A stretch of 64,000 bases of DNA, taken from NCBI GenBank assembly GCA_947245515.1, contig CAMXQV010000004.1, forward strand, positions 1,167-65,166, read 5' to 3'. Position numbers and translations under genes: made by a program. The notes below the pieces were generated by a model. The model had not been told where the DNA came from, made no database searches, and was given only the letters and a program-made list of their open reading frames with translations. Shown piece by piece: positions 1 through 9,098 of this stretch. The DNA comes from an uncultured Clostridium sp. GTDB taxonomy: Bacteria > Bacillota > Clostridia > TANB77 > CAG-508. Every line of letters begins with the position of its first letter. Positions within the stretch are counted from its first letter, which is position 1.

Positions 1-105
1 AACGGTAAGGAAAAAGGACAAGTTGTTCCTGAAAGTATTGAGATTAAAGGAGTTTTCTTGAGTACTAGAAATCCTGTTGTTAAATTAGGATTAGTAATTA
101 AATAA
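1..105 (+). CDS. 3' end of an unidentified CDS entering from the left window edge (...VFLSTRNPVVKLGLVIK*)
   Basis: Frame 1 is open from base 1 to TAA at 103-105 and is followed by a hairpin plus T-run. 34 aa is too short to assign a family. Confidence 0.35.
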   Translation, partial: NGKEKGQVVPESIEIKGVFLSTRNPVVKLGLVIK

Positions 106-118
106 ATAATAAAAATGT

Positions 119-156
119 AAGTCTTAAAAGTAAAATTTTAGGGCTTATTTTTTTGC
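119..156 (+). terminator. Rho-independent terminator
   Basis: AAGTCTTAAAA (119-129) pairs with TTTTAGGGCTT (136-146, two G-U pairs), then ATTTTTTTT. Confidence 0.55.
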
Positions 157-240
157 AGTTTTATATTAGAAAAGAGTTTTATTCTTTTAAAAGGTCTTTT
201 TTGGTTGATATATTAGTATTTATAAACATTTTATACACTT

Positions 241-280
241 CACTATGCTTTAGTGTTTACTCCACTATAGTGTAGTGTTT
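241..280 (+). repeat. Tandem ~20-bp direct repeat upstream of repL (iteron/operator-like)
   Basis: CACTATgctTTAGTGTTT followed by CACTATagtGTAGTGTTT. The junction CACTATAGTG is itself palindromic. It sits just 5' of the repL RBS. Confidence 0.45.
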
Positions 281-307
281 TATTTTAAATTTGAGGAGGT
301 TTTAATA

Positions 308-769
308 ATGGGAGTTGAATATATAGAAAAAACAAAAACATTAATTGGTACAAAAAGAAAAGAATTAATAGATAAAGAAACAGGTGAAATTATTGAAGTT
401 GATCAGATTACTAAAAAAGTATATGGTCAAAAGAATTTCTGGAAGTTATATTTAGGAGATTTCTTGCCAGTATTAGGAATTGTAGAAAGTAAACAGGTAG
501 ATATTTTAATATATATATTAGAAAATACACAGCCTAGTACAAATATGTTTGTGGGAACTTATAAAACAATTCAAAAGAATACACATACATCTGAAACTAC
601 TATTGCTAAAGTTATGAAAAAATTACAAAAGCAACAGTTCTTAAAGAAAATACAAAATGGACTTTGGCAAGTTAGTCCTAATATTATAATGAAAGGAAAC
701 GAAAATAAAAAGCAATTATTGCTTAGTTATTTTCGCACCGATGAATCTAATAAAAATAACCATAGATAA
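308..769 (+). CDS. repL: RepL-family plasmid replication initiator (winged-helix)
   Basis: LIDKETGEIIEVDQI...NFWKLYL...VDILIYILEN...TIAKVMKKLQKQQFLKK...PNIIMKG matches the small Firmicute RepL pattern (pSN2-type) as I recall it. A GAGGAGG RBS lies at 292-298 and the ATG at 308. Confidence 0.8.
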   Translation: MGVEYIEKTKTLIGTKRKELIDKETGEIIEVDQITKKVYGQKNFWKLYLGDFLPVLGIVESKQVDILIYILENTQPSTNMFVGTYKTIQKNTHTSETTIAKVMKKLQKQQFLKKIQNGLWQVSPNIIMKGNENKKQLLLSYFRTDESNKNNHR

Positions 770-974
770 TACTGTATATACAAGCTTAAACGGAAGTTTG
801 AAACCGAATGGGTTTCAAGGAGAGTAAGAAATACAATTGCAAGTGCAATTTTTTCTTGCTCTTTTTTTGAAATAAATTGAGAAATTAAATTTATTTCAAA
901 CCTAAAAAATTGTGAGTCACAAATTTTTAGGCAAAGGGGTGTGGGGAAAAAATTTATTTTCCCTGCCACACAGA

Positions 975-1012
975 TAAACTTTGTTTGTCTAGTGTGTTAG
1001 ACAAGTAAACTT
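975..1012 (+). other. Candidate MobV-type origin of transfer (oriT)
   Basis: Hairpin TTGTCTA (985-991) / TAGACAA (998-1004) with loop GTGTGT. TAGTGTGTTA is identical to the pMV158 nick region as recalled. It lies immediately upstream of the relaxase gene. Confidence 0.5.
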
Positions 1013-1038
1013 ATTTTGAGAAAGGAGCGTTGGAGCTT

Positions 1039-2226
1039 ATGAGTTATGCTATAGTAAGAAATGAGAAATTAACACGAGATAGAATAAATGGGAAGTGTAC
1101 CCATAATGATAGAAAAGCCAAAAATCATTCTAATAAAGATATCAATCCAACTAGAACACATTTAAATTATTATATAAAGAAAAATGAATATACCTATACA
1201 AAAGAATTTGATAAATATATAAAAGAAAACAATATAGAAGGACATATTAGAAGTAATAGCATAGTAATGTGCCAAATGATATTTACTTCTGATCAAGGTT
1301 TCTTTGATAGAATTGGAGAAGAAGAAACAAAAAGATATTTTGAAGAATGTTATAAATTTATTTGCAATTATAAAAATCTTGGCGAAAAGAATATAATTGC
1401 AGCAGTAGTACATTTAGATGAAGGAGCACTACATTTGCACTTAATGTTTGTTCCTATTGTTCATACAAAAGATAAAGAAGGGAAAAATATTGATAAAATA
1501 TGTGCAAGAGATTTTTGGAAAGGTCGAGATAGTTATAGAAAACTGCAAGATGCCTATTTCAATCATGTTAAGTCAAAAGGTTTTGATTTAGAAAGAGGAA
1601 TGTTTATTGAAGATACAGGAAGAAAACATTACACTATTGAAGAATATAAAAAGATTACAAATTATGATAATACAAAGAAAATTTTAAGCGAAATGAAATT
1701 AGAATTACCAAGTACACCTGATATTACAGATATTAAACTAAATAGGTTATCCAAAAAAAGAGATGAAAAAATATTAGAAGAAATTATAAATCCTAAAGAT
1801 GATTTGATTAAAGAATTATATAAAGATAACTTATCATTGCATAAAGAATTATCTAAACAATCTAAAATTATTGATGAGGCCCAAAAATACCAAAAAGAAC
1901 GAGATTCTATACTTGCTAATAATATAGCATTACATAATCAAGTTGAAAATATTAAAACAGAATATAAAGAAAAGGAATTTGATATAGAATGGAAATATAA
2001 AAGTAAAATAAAAAGTTTGGAAAAAGAAAATACTCATTTACACAAAGTAGTAGATAAATTTAAAGAAACTATTGGAAAATTCATAAAATGGATTTGTAAA
2101 AAGTTTGATATGGGTGTAGAAGATAACTTAATTAGAGATTTTGAAAAAGAAACTAGAACTTGTTTAGATGCAGAAAAACAAATTAAACATGAAGAAAGAG
2201 AAAAAGAATCGGAAATGGAATTATAA
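1039..2226 (+). CDS. mob: MobV (Mob/Pre, plasmid recombination enzyme) family relaxase
   Basis: N-terminus MSYAIVRNEKLT... and HLDEGALHLHLMFVPI (HxDE...HxH metal motif), with a coiled-coil C-terminal half. An AGGAG RBS lies at 1022-1026. Confidence 0.85.
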   Translation: MSYAIVRNEKLTRDRINGKCTHNDRKAKNHSNKDINPTRTHLNYYIKKNEYTYTKEFDKYIKENNIEGHIRSNSIVMCQMIFTSDQGFFDRIGEEETKRYFEECYKFICNYKNLGEKNIIAAVVHLDEGALHLHLMFVPIVHTKDKEGKNIDKICARDFWKGRDSYRKLQDAYFNHVKSKGFDLERGMFIEDTGRKHYTIEEYKKITNYDNTKKILSEMKLELPSTPDITDIKLNRLSKKRDEKILEEIINPKDDLIKELYKDNLSLHKELSKQSKIIDEAQKYQKERDSILANNIALHNQVENIKTEYKEKEFDIEWKYKSKIKSLEKENTHLHKVVDKFKETIGKFIKWICKKFDMGVEDNLIRDFEKETRTCLDAEKQIKHEEREKESEMEL

Positions 2227-2319
2227 TTAAGATAGTATAAAATTTATTTTGTTTTTATTGTAAAATAATAATGCTCATGCTAGAATAAAGTAGTATTTAT
2301 AAAGGAATGGAGAAATAAA

Positions 2320-3990
2320 ATGCATAAACTAATTTTAAAACAATTAAAAAAATATAAAATTGAATATATAATATTTTTTATATTTTATATGATAAACGTA
2401 ACATTTGCTTTATTAGAACCTGTAATATTTGGAAAAATATTAGATTCAATAATAAATAATGTAGGAAAAATAGATTTTGAAACAAAGAAAAATATAATAT
2501 TTTTGATAAGTGTCTTATTGGTACAATATATTACAAATTATATATATAGAAGAATTTTATTTCCAACTAGTAGAAAAGTAAAACAAGGAATTTTAAATAA
2601 TATATTAGAAAAACTAGAAAAAGCGAAAATAGACTTTTTTGATAAAACTGATAAAGGAAAGTTTGTTACATATATAATAAATGATATTACTTATATTTGG
2701 TCAATAATGAGTCATGGAACAATTGAGTTGATAAGATTGATATCATATACGGTTTTTGGTTTTATTTTTGCTATAAAATATGTTGATTTATCACTTGCAA
2801 TAGCTGTATTTGTAACATTTCCAATGTTTATATATTTTATATTTAAACAAAATGCTAAAGCTCAAAAATTGTTATATGAGAAAAAAGAAGAGGAAGCCAA
2901 ACTTTCGAAACACATAAACGATAGTTTTTGTGGATTTAGTGTAATAAAATCATATGTTACAGAGGAAGAAACATTAAATAAATTTAATGAAATAAATAAT
3001 GACTTAAAAAATAAAAATATTGATTACAATAAAATAACTTCAAGTATCAATTCAATAGTAACTTTTTTTCAAGGACTTGGATTTTCAATTTCTTGTATAT
3101 TTGGGTTATATTTAGTAGTAAATGGAAGTATTACGATAGGTTCATTTATTGCTTTTAATTCAATAATTCAAAAAGTAATGAAAGACTATTTATATGCGGG
3201 ATTTTTGGTAAAAAAAGCAAATATGATAAAAATAATATATAAAAGAATACAATTTTTGTACGATATAGAAACAAATACAGATGGTAATATTAAAATGCCA
3301 GAAAATGCTGATATACAAATAAACAATTTGAATTTTAAATATAACGGTGAAAAAGAAAATATATTAGAAAATATAAATTTAAGTATACCATCAGGTAGTT
3401 TCATAGGAGTATTAGGAAAAACTGGATCTGGAAAGACTACACTAGCAAATATACTTGCAAAGTTTTATGCTATTCCAAATGGAAAAATATTTTTTAATAA
3501 TATAGATACAAATGATATTGAAAGAAAATCATTTTATGAAAAATTTGCTTATGTTATGCAAGACGATTATATATATGATAATACAATACAACATAATATA
3601 GAACTATATAAAAGATATAACAAAAATGATATTAAAGATGCCGTTGAAAAAGCAGAGTTATTTGATACGATTGAAAAATTAGATAAAAAATATAATACTT
3701 TAATAGGTGATAATGGGATTAAACTATCAGGAGGACAAAAGCAAAGATTGATTTTATCTAGAAATATAGTAACAAATCCAAATATACTAATCATAGATAA
3801 TGGATTTACAGGTTTAGATATAGATACACGCAAAAAAGTAGTAGATAATTTGAATAATAGAAATAATAAAACAACTTTAGTTATAATCTCAAGTATGATG
3901 GAAGATATAAAAAATGCAGATAAAATATACAAATTAGAAAATAAAACACTAGTTGAGATGAATATGGAAGAGGAGGTATATGATGCTTAA
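2320..3990 (+). CDS. ABC exporter half-transporter (TMD-NBD), degenerate-site subunit
   Basis: Six predicted TM helices followed by an NBD. Walker A is GKTGSGKTT and the signature is LSGGQKQR. Walker B is ILIIDN (catalytic Glu replaced by Asn) and the H-loop His is replaced (VIISSMM). Confidence 0.85.
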   Translation: MHKLILKQLKKYKIEYIIFFIFYMINVTFALLEPVIFGKILDSIINNVGKIDFETKKNIIFLISVLLVQYITNYIYRRILFPTSRKVKQGILNNILEKLEKAKIDFFDKTDKGKFVTYIINDITYIWSIMSHGTIELIRLISYTVFGFIFAIKYVDLSLAIAVFVTFPMFIYFIFKQNAKAQKLLYEKKEEEAKLSKHINDSFCGFSVIKSYVTEEETLNKFNEINNDLKNKNIDYNKITSSINSIVTFFQGLGFSISCIFGLYLVVNGSITIGSFIAFNSIIQKVMKDYLYAGFLVKKANMIKIIYKRIQFLYDIETNTDGNIKMPENADIQINNLNFKYNGEKENILENINLSIPSGSFIGVLGKTGSGKTTLANILAKFYAIPNGKIFFNNIDTNDIERKSFYEKFAYVMQDDYIYDNTIQHNIELYKRYNKNDIKDAVEKAELFDTIEKLDKKYNTLIGDNGIKLSGGQKQRLILSRNIVTNPNILIIDNGFTGLDIDTRKKVVDNLNNRNNKTTLVIISSMMEDIKNADKIYKLENKTLVEMNMEEEVYDA

Positions 3991-5638
3991 TATAAAAAGT
4001 CTTATAAGCAAGTATAAATATAAATTTTTATTTGTCATCATATTAATGATAATAACATCATTAATTAATACTTTACTGCCATATATAATAAAACATGCAA
4101 TTTCTTTAGCTGAAAATGTAACATCATTTAATGATATATCAAGTAAAATATTAGGAATAGTTATTGCATATATGCTTCTTTCAATAATATGTGCTTTTTT
4201 AGAATATGTAAAATCTGTATTTTTAGCTAAAAATACAGAAGGACTAACATATGAAATCAGGGAAGAAGCTTATAAAAAGGTAATTAGTTTTAATATGGAT
4301 ACTTTTTCGAATATGCATATATCTACATTGATAACAAGAATGACTGCAGATATAAATAATATAGGAGATTTTATAGGTAGAATATTGCCAATGTTTATAA
4401 GTGCTGGAATATTTTTAATAGTGGTGCTTGGAGTAATGTGTTTTATAAATATTTATTTTGCATTGGTAATGGTTATATGTAGTCTAATATTGGTTATGGC
4501 ATTACTTAAATTAGGTAAAAAAATGGAATATTATAACAGAAAAAGTATAGAAAATACTGAAAAACTTAATAATTATTTTGGAGAAACATTTTCAGGAATA
4601 AATACAATAAATCTTTTTACTATTCAAAAAGAAAGAAAAGAAGAATTAGATAAGTATAATAAAGAGGAAACAGATATATCAAGAAATTATTTTACAGTAC
4701 AAAGTGCTTTAAAACCTGTAGAATCAATGACTAAATACTTAATAATTGCGATTATAATATATTTATGCATACAAGGGAAAGTAGCAGGAATTGATGTTGG
4801 GATTATTTATGTTGTTGTAAGCTATATAGATAAATTTTTTGAGCCATTAGGTCATATTTTATATCACTATGAAAATTTACAACAAGGAAGAGTTTCAATA
4901 AAAAGAATAGATGACCTATTACAAAAGAAAGAAAATATAGAGAATATTTATGAAGGAGAAAATACAGAAAAGTTAGAAGGAAATATAAGATTTAAAAGCG
5001 TTAATTTTTCATATATAGAAGGTAAACAAATTTTAAATGATGTAACATTTTCGATTAATAAAGGTGAGAAAGTTGCATTGGTTGGAGAAACAGGAGCAGG
5101 AAAAACAACAATTATAAATTTAATTTTAGGATTTTATAAAATAAATTCTGGAAATATATTATTTGATGGAAAAAATATGGATGATATATCATTGGAAAGT
5201 ATAAGAAAAAATGTATCATTTATACAACAAAGCCCATATATATTTGATGATACAGTAAAAAGAAATATTATAATAAATGATAATAATACTATTTCAGATG
5301 AAAAGATAATTGATATATTAAAGCAAGTTCAATTATATGATAAAATTAAAAGTTTTGAAAATGGTATATATGAAAAAGTAAAAGAAAGTTCTTTTTCAAA
5401 AGGAGAAAAGCAACTACTTGCTTTCGCTCGTGCAATTGCAAAAGAAACAAGTATATATATTTTTGATGAACCTACATCAAATATTGATATTGAAAGTGAG
5501 ATTCAATTAAAGAAAGTTATAGATAATTTATCTAAAGATTCAACAGTAATTATTATTGCACATAGACCTGCAACAATTGAAAATGTTGATAAAGTTTTAA
5601 AGGTTGAAGATGGGAAGATAGTACAACTAAAAGATTAA
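3980..5638 (+). CDS. ABC exporter half-transporter (TMD-NBD), consensus-site subunit
   Basis: Walker A is GETGAGKTT, Walker B is IYIFDEPTS, and the H-loop is IIIAHR. The signature is deviant (FSKGEKQ). It overlaps the upstream gene by 11 nt and has a GGAGG RBS. Confidence 0.85.
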   Translation: MMLNIKSLISKYKYKFLFVIILMIITSLINTLLPYIIKHAISLAENVTSFNDISSKILGIVIAYMLLSIICAFLEYVKSVFLAKNTEGLTYEIREEAYKKVISFNMDTFSNMHISTLITRMTADINNIGDFIGRILPMFISAGIFLIVVLGVMCFINIYFALVMVICSLILVMALLKLGKKMEYYNRKSIENTEKLNNYFGETFSGINTINLFTIQKERKEELDKYNKEETDISRNYFTVQSALKPVESMTKYLIIAIIIYLCIQGKVAGIDVGIIYVVVSYIDKFFEPLGHILYHYENLQQGRVSIKRIDDLLQKKENIENIYEGENTEKLEGNIRFKSVNFSYIEGKQILNDVTFSINKGEKVALVGETGAGKTTIINLILGFYKINSGNILFDGKNMDDISLESIRKNVSFIQQSPYIFDDTVKRNIIINDNNTISDEKIIDILKQVQLYDKIKSFENGIYEKVKESSFSKGEKQLLAFARAIAKETSIYIFDEPTSNIDIESEIQLKKVIDNLSKDSTVIIIAHRPATIENVDKVLKVEDGKIVQLKD

Positions 5639-5693
5639 GATATTAATATGAGAGAAAATCCAGTATCATAAAGTCAATCTTAATAATTCAAAA

Positions 5694-5738
5694 AGTCAAT
5701 GCACAGTATTTTTATAATACAGTGCATTGACTTACTTT
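5694..5738. terminator. Hairpin terminator between convergent genes
   Basis: AGTCAATGCACAGTAT (5694-5709) pairs with ATACAGTGCATTGACT (5717-5732) with one mismatch. Confidence 0.6.
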
Positions 5739-5761
5739 TAATAATAAAATTCTATGTTTAT

Positions 5762-6922
5762 CTATTTCCAATACATACTGCTTAATTCTTTCAATTTTAT
5801 TTTTAAATCTTCTAGTTGATTATCAGAATAATTGTTTCTTAATACTCTAGCTTTTTCAGACCATTCTTTGAACTGCTTTTCTTTAAATTCCTTTGAATGA
5901 TTATAATGTAATCCATGCATTCTTTTATATTCTCTGTTATATTCCTTTAGAATTAAGCTATTTTTGACTTTTTCTTTTTGTTTATTTAATGCTCCAATTT
6001 GTTTACAAGTTTTTCCAGTATTTGAGTACAAGTTATTGCAATATTTTTGATTATTTCTTCCTTTTTGATTTGGATTATTACTAGTAGTGGTGGGTATAAA
6101 TAATCTACCACAATTTTCACATTTGTTTATAGTAAAGTTGTTTTGAATAACTTTAAATAACTCAAACCTAATTTGTTCTTCTGTATTTTGTAATTCATAA
6201 ACTTCTTCTGCTACAATATGTTTTTCTTTCATTATTTCTACAATTCTTTCTACATCTAATCTTCTTTCCTCAAAAGATAATTCTGTATCACAAATATATT
6301 TTGTTTTGAATTTAGTATCAAGAAAAAGAGCGTGAGTAGGTTTTGTATTAACATAGTGTATATCAAATACTCTTTTTGTTTCATATAAGAATAGTTTTTC
6401 AGGCACACTTAAATTTCTAACAAGAGAGTTATTAGAATATTTGCTAATCAATTCTAGTCTTTCTTTTAAATCCATTTTTTTCTCTATTAAATTTTCTATT
6501 AATAAATCTCTCATAGTTTCAAAAAATTTCATATATTCATTATGTTTTTTATCTGATATTTTATCTATTTCTTGAACCCATTTCATAAGTAAAATCTGTG
6601 TAGTATATTCATCTTCTTCTAATTCACGAAATATATCACTAGGATAATATTTTGAGTTTTCTATAAAAACACCAATTTGAGATTTGAACAATAAATCTGA
6701 TCTAAAGATTTTTGTATTATAGGTTTTTATAATTATATCTATTAGTACTTGTGTGTAAAAATGTGTATATGGAGAAAATTTTAGACATGCTCTAACAATT
6801 TGAAACATTTTTAAGAAACAATCTATCTTTTCATCTTCAGAATCAGTTTCTTTAGAATAACATACAAGTTCTATAAGCTGTGTGTACATTGCTTTCAATT
6901 TATCAAAATCTTCATAACTCAT
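5762..6922 (-). CDS. Hypothetical protein with a C-terminal zinc-ribbon-like motif (resembles the clostridial DUF6076 family)
   Basis: CENCGRLFIP...YCNN...GKTCKQIGALNKQKEKVKNSLILKEYNREYKRMHG is a pattern I associate with DUF6076 proteins found next to recombinases. This was not verified. The N-terminus is probably longer (see finding). Confidence 0.55.
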   Translation of the reverse strand: MSYEDFDKLKAMYTQLIELVCYSKETDSEDEKIDCFLKMFQIVRACLKFSPYTHFYTQVLIDIIIKTYNTKIFRSDLLFKSQIGVFIENSKYYPSDIFRELEEDEYTTQILLMKWVQEIDKISDKKHNEYMKFFETMRDLLIENLIEKKMDLKERLELISKYSNNSLVRNLSVPEKLFLYETKRVFDIHYVNTKPTHALFLDTKFKTKYICDTELSFEERRLDVERIVEIMKEKHIVAEEVYELQNTEEQIRFELFKVIQNNFTINKCENCGRLFIPTTTSNNPNQKGRNNQKYCNNLYSNTGKTCKQIGALNKQKEKVKNSLILKEYNREYKRMHGLHYNHSKEFKEKQFKEWSEKARVLRNNYSDNQLEDLKIKLKELSSMYWK

Positions 6923-7121
6923 TATAGCAAATTCATATAATTTATCTCCAATATTATATTCAAAATCACCAATAGCACCAAAATATTCTCCGAGTATTTT
7001 TTATTATAATTTTATTATTGTTAAGCGTGAAATTAGTTATCATATCAATATTTCCTCCATTTTGAAAATAGAATATAGCTATTTCAATTTTTAAGTTATC
7101 TATAGACTTACAAAAATCTAT

Positions 7122-7149
7122 TTACAACACTATTTTAGCATCTTATAAT
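7122..7149 (+). promoter_or_regulatory. Sigma-A-type promoter candidate
   Basis: TTACAA, a 16-nt spacer, then TATAAT (7144-7149). Confidence 0.35.
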
Positions 7150-7384
7150 GATTTTATCAAGATAGAAAATAGCATTTCAAGATATCTATTTTCTATTTGC
7201 ACATAGTACATTGAAAATTGAATAGCAAGTTACAAGCACAGATAATGAAACTTTCGTCTGGCTAACGTGATGTAAAGGGGCGATTCTCTAAAAAGAGTAA
7301 TGAGGGCAAATCTCATATGGGTATAATTTACCACTTGTAACTTTAAAAATTAAAAGTAATATTTTTAAACTTTTAATAATAGTA

Positions 7385-7591
7385 TTGAAAAGAAGGAAGG
7401 TGAGAATTTTGAAAAAGAGTTTGAATATTACATTTATTAATCCTAATACAGAAGAACAGATAGTACAAGCTATGTCTGGAGTTCTTGCATATAATTTAGC
7501 TGAGAATGATGAAAACATAAAATTTTGCTACAACAATTCAAATACTTATCAAAATTCTCACGAGGAAATAGAAGATGAATTAGAATTGTAA
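7385..7591 (+). CDS. Small hypothetical protein (start uncertain)
   Basis: ORF only (non-ATG start in the track). Acidic C-terminus, no recognisable domain. Confidence 0.3.
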   Translation: MKRRKVRILKKSLNITFINPNTEEQIVQAMSGVLAYNLAENDENIKFCYNNSNTYQNSHEEIEDELEL

Positions 7592-7744
7592 AGAATGGAA
7601 AAAATTAAACAATTTTGTTAAAAATATTGATTATAAAATCACAGTATGATACAATACAAATGTTCGTGGCAATATATTAACAAAAAATAGATAACTATTT
7701 AGAAATTTAAAAGCGAATAATTAATTTAAATGGAGGTATGTAAT

Positions 7745-8239
7745 ATGGGAACAAATTATTATTTTACACCAAAAAAATTTGAATTGAATAGAGTGAAAAA
7801 GTTACATGAAGATTATTCTTCTAAGATGGACAAACTTTTAAATGATTATATAAAATCATATAACAAACTATGTAATGAAATGTCAAAAGAAACAAATGAT
7901 TTATTTGATAATGAAGAATTGCCAGGCTATAAAGATTGGTATAACTATATGCATTTAGCAGAAATAGAATATCCTGAATTACATATATGTAAAATAAGTA
8001 TGGGGTGGAAGCCACTATTTCAAGCAACAAAATTTTATAATAGTGTGCAAGAACTGAAAGATTTTTATTATAAAAATAAAGATAGAATAATAATAAAAGA
8101 TGAATATGGAGAAGAACAAGGTATAGATGAATTATTTGAATTTATAGATATTAAATATAAAGATAAAAAAAGTCAATCTCATACAGATGCTTACAAAGAC
8201 CAACAAGGATATGAGTGGGTATCGAATAATTTTTCTTAA
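7745..8239 (+). CDS. Hypothetical protein
   Basis: A GGAGGT RBS at 7733-7738 lies 6 nt before the ATG at 7745 (MGTNYYF...). No family recognised. Confidence 0.5.
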   Translation: MGTNYYFTPKKFELNRVKKLHEDYSSKMDKLLNDYIKSYNKLCNEMSKETNDLFDNEELPGYKDWYNYMHLAEIEYPELHICKISMGWKPLFQATKFYNSVQELKDFYYKNKDRIIIKDEYGEEQGIDELFEFIDIKYKDKKSQSHTDAYKDQQGYEWVSNNFS

Positions 8240-8301
8240 ATTTGTTTTGAAATATAGATAAAATTAGTAAAATGTAGTATAATAGAAAGAGAGGTTGGTT
8301 T

Positions 8302-8743
8302 ATGCTAAAATTACATTTAGATAATTGTTGCTATAATAGACCATTTGATGATTTAAGACAAGAAAAAATCAAGTTAGAAGCTCGGAGCAATAGAAACAAT
8401 TATTGATATGTATTTAAATAAAGAAATAAAGATATATACAAGCAGAGCTATTGACTATGAAATAGATAATATTTCTGCTGGGAATAAAAAGAGACAAATT
8501 GAAGATTTATATGATGGTTTAGAAATAGAGAAGATACCATATTCATATGAAATAAAGGAAAGAGTACAGGAATTAAAAAGATTTAATATTCATTATATGG
8601 ATGCATATCATATAGCTTATGCTGAAAGCAAAAATTTGAATTATTTTATAACAGTTGATAAACAATTAATAAATGCTTGCAAAAGAGCAAATTTAGAATT
8701 AAAGGTAGTAAATCCTATGGAATTTATAATGGAGGTGATATAA
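8302..8743 (+). pseudogene. PIN-domain ribonuclease (type II toxin-like), disrupted by a +1 frameshift near 8378-8386
   Basis: Frame 1 reads MLKLHLDNCCYNRPFDDLRQEKIKLEA... to TGA at 8404-8406. Frame 2 continues ...AIETIIDMYLNKEIKIYTSRAIDYEI...MDAYHIAYAE...FITVDKQLI. Together they make one PIN domain with its conserved acidic residues. Confidence 0.7.
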
Positions 8744-8947
8744 ATGGCAGTAACAGTTAAAGATTTAGAGAAAATTAGACAAGAAGGTCTTAAAGCACTA
8801 AGAGAAAAATTAGGGCCAATAGGTATGATAAAATTTATACAAATGTATAGTGATGGTGAAGGAGACTATACTGAAGAAAGAAGAGAAAAATTAAAAGATT
8901 TAAAAGAAGAAGATTTGGAAGCTTTTTTAAGTGAAGAGTTGAATTAG
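8744..8947 (+). CDS. Small partner protein of the PIN gene (putative antitoxin)
   Basis: The ATG directly abuts the PIN stop. GLKALREKLGPIGMIKFIQMYSDGEGDYTEER matches the small proteins I recall paired with NRPFDD-type PIN proteins. Confidence 0.55.
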   Translation: MAVTVKDLEKIRQEGLKALREKLGPIGMIKFIQMYSDGEGDYTEERREKLKDLKEEDLEAFLSEELN

Positions 8948-8981
8948 CCCAATATTAGACATAGACTCTATTTGCGGAAAA

Positions 8982-9026
8982 GAAAAAACTATTCTCAAAA
9001 AGAGAGTAGTTTTTTCTTGCTTTTTT
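8982..9026 (+). terminator. Rho-independent terminator
   Basis: GAAAAAACTATTCTC pairs with GAGAGTAGTTTTTTC (one G-U pair), then TTGCTTTTTT. Confidence 0.6.
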
Positions 9027-9098
9027 GCAACTGATATGCTAAAATGTAACAGAACGAAAACAAAGTTACAGATAATAAAAACAAGAAAGAGTGATGTT

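Noticed and set aside
126-133. AAAAGTAA shared between the left region and the putative attR region (10713-10720), considered as an att core
   Set aside because: An 8-mer of this composition is expected by chance in such AT-rich DNA. The flanking sequence does not encode the missing SpoIIID N-terminus.
9036-9098. 21-codon N-terminal extension of the recombinase in the ORF track
   Set aside because: Serine recombinases start a few residues before the catalytic (Y)ARVS motif. The extension runs through the upstream terminator tail and promoter-like sequence.
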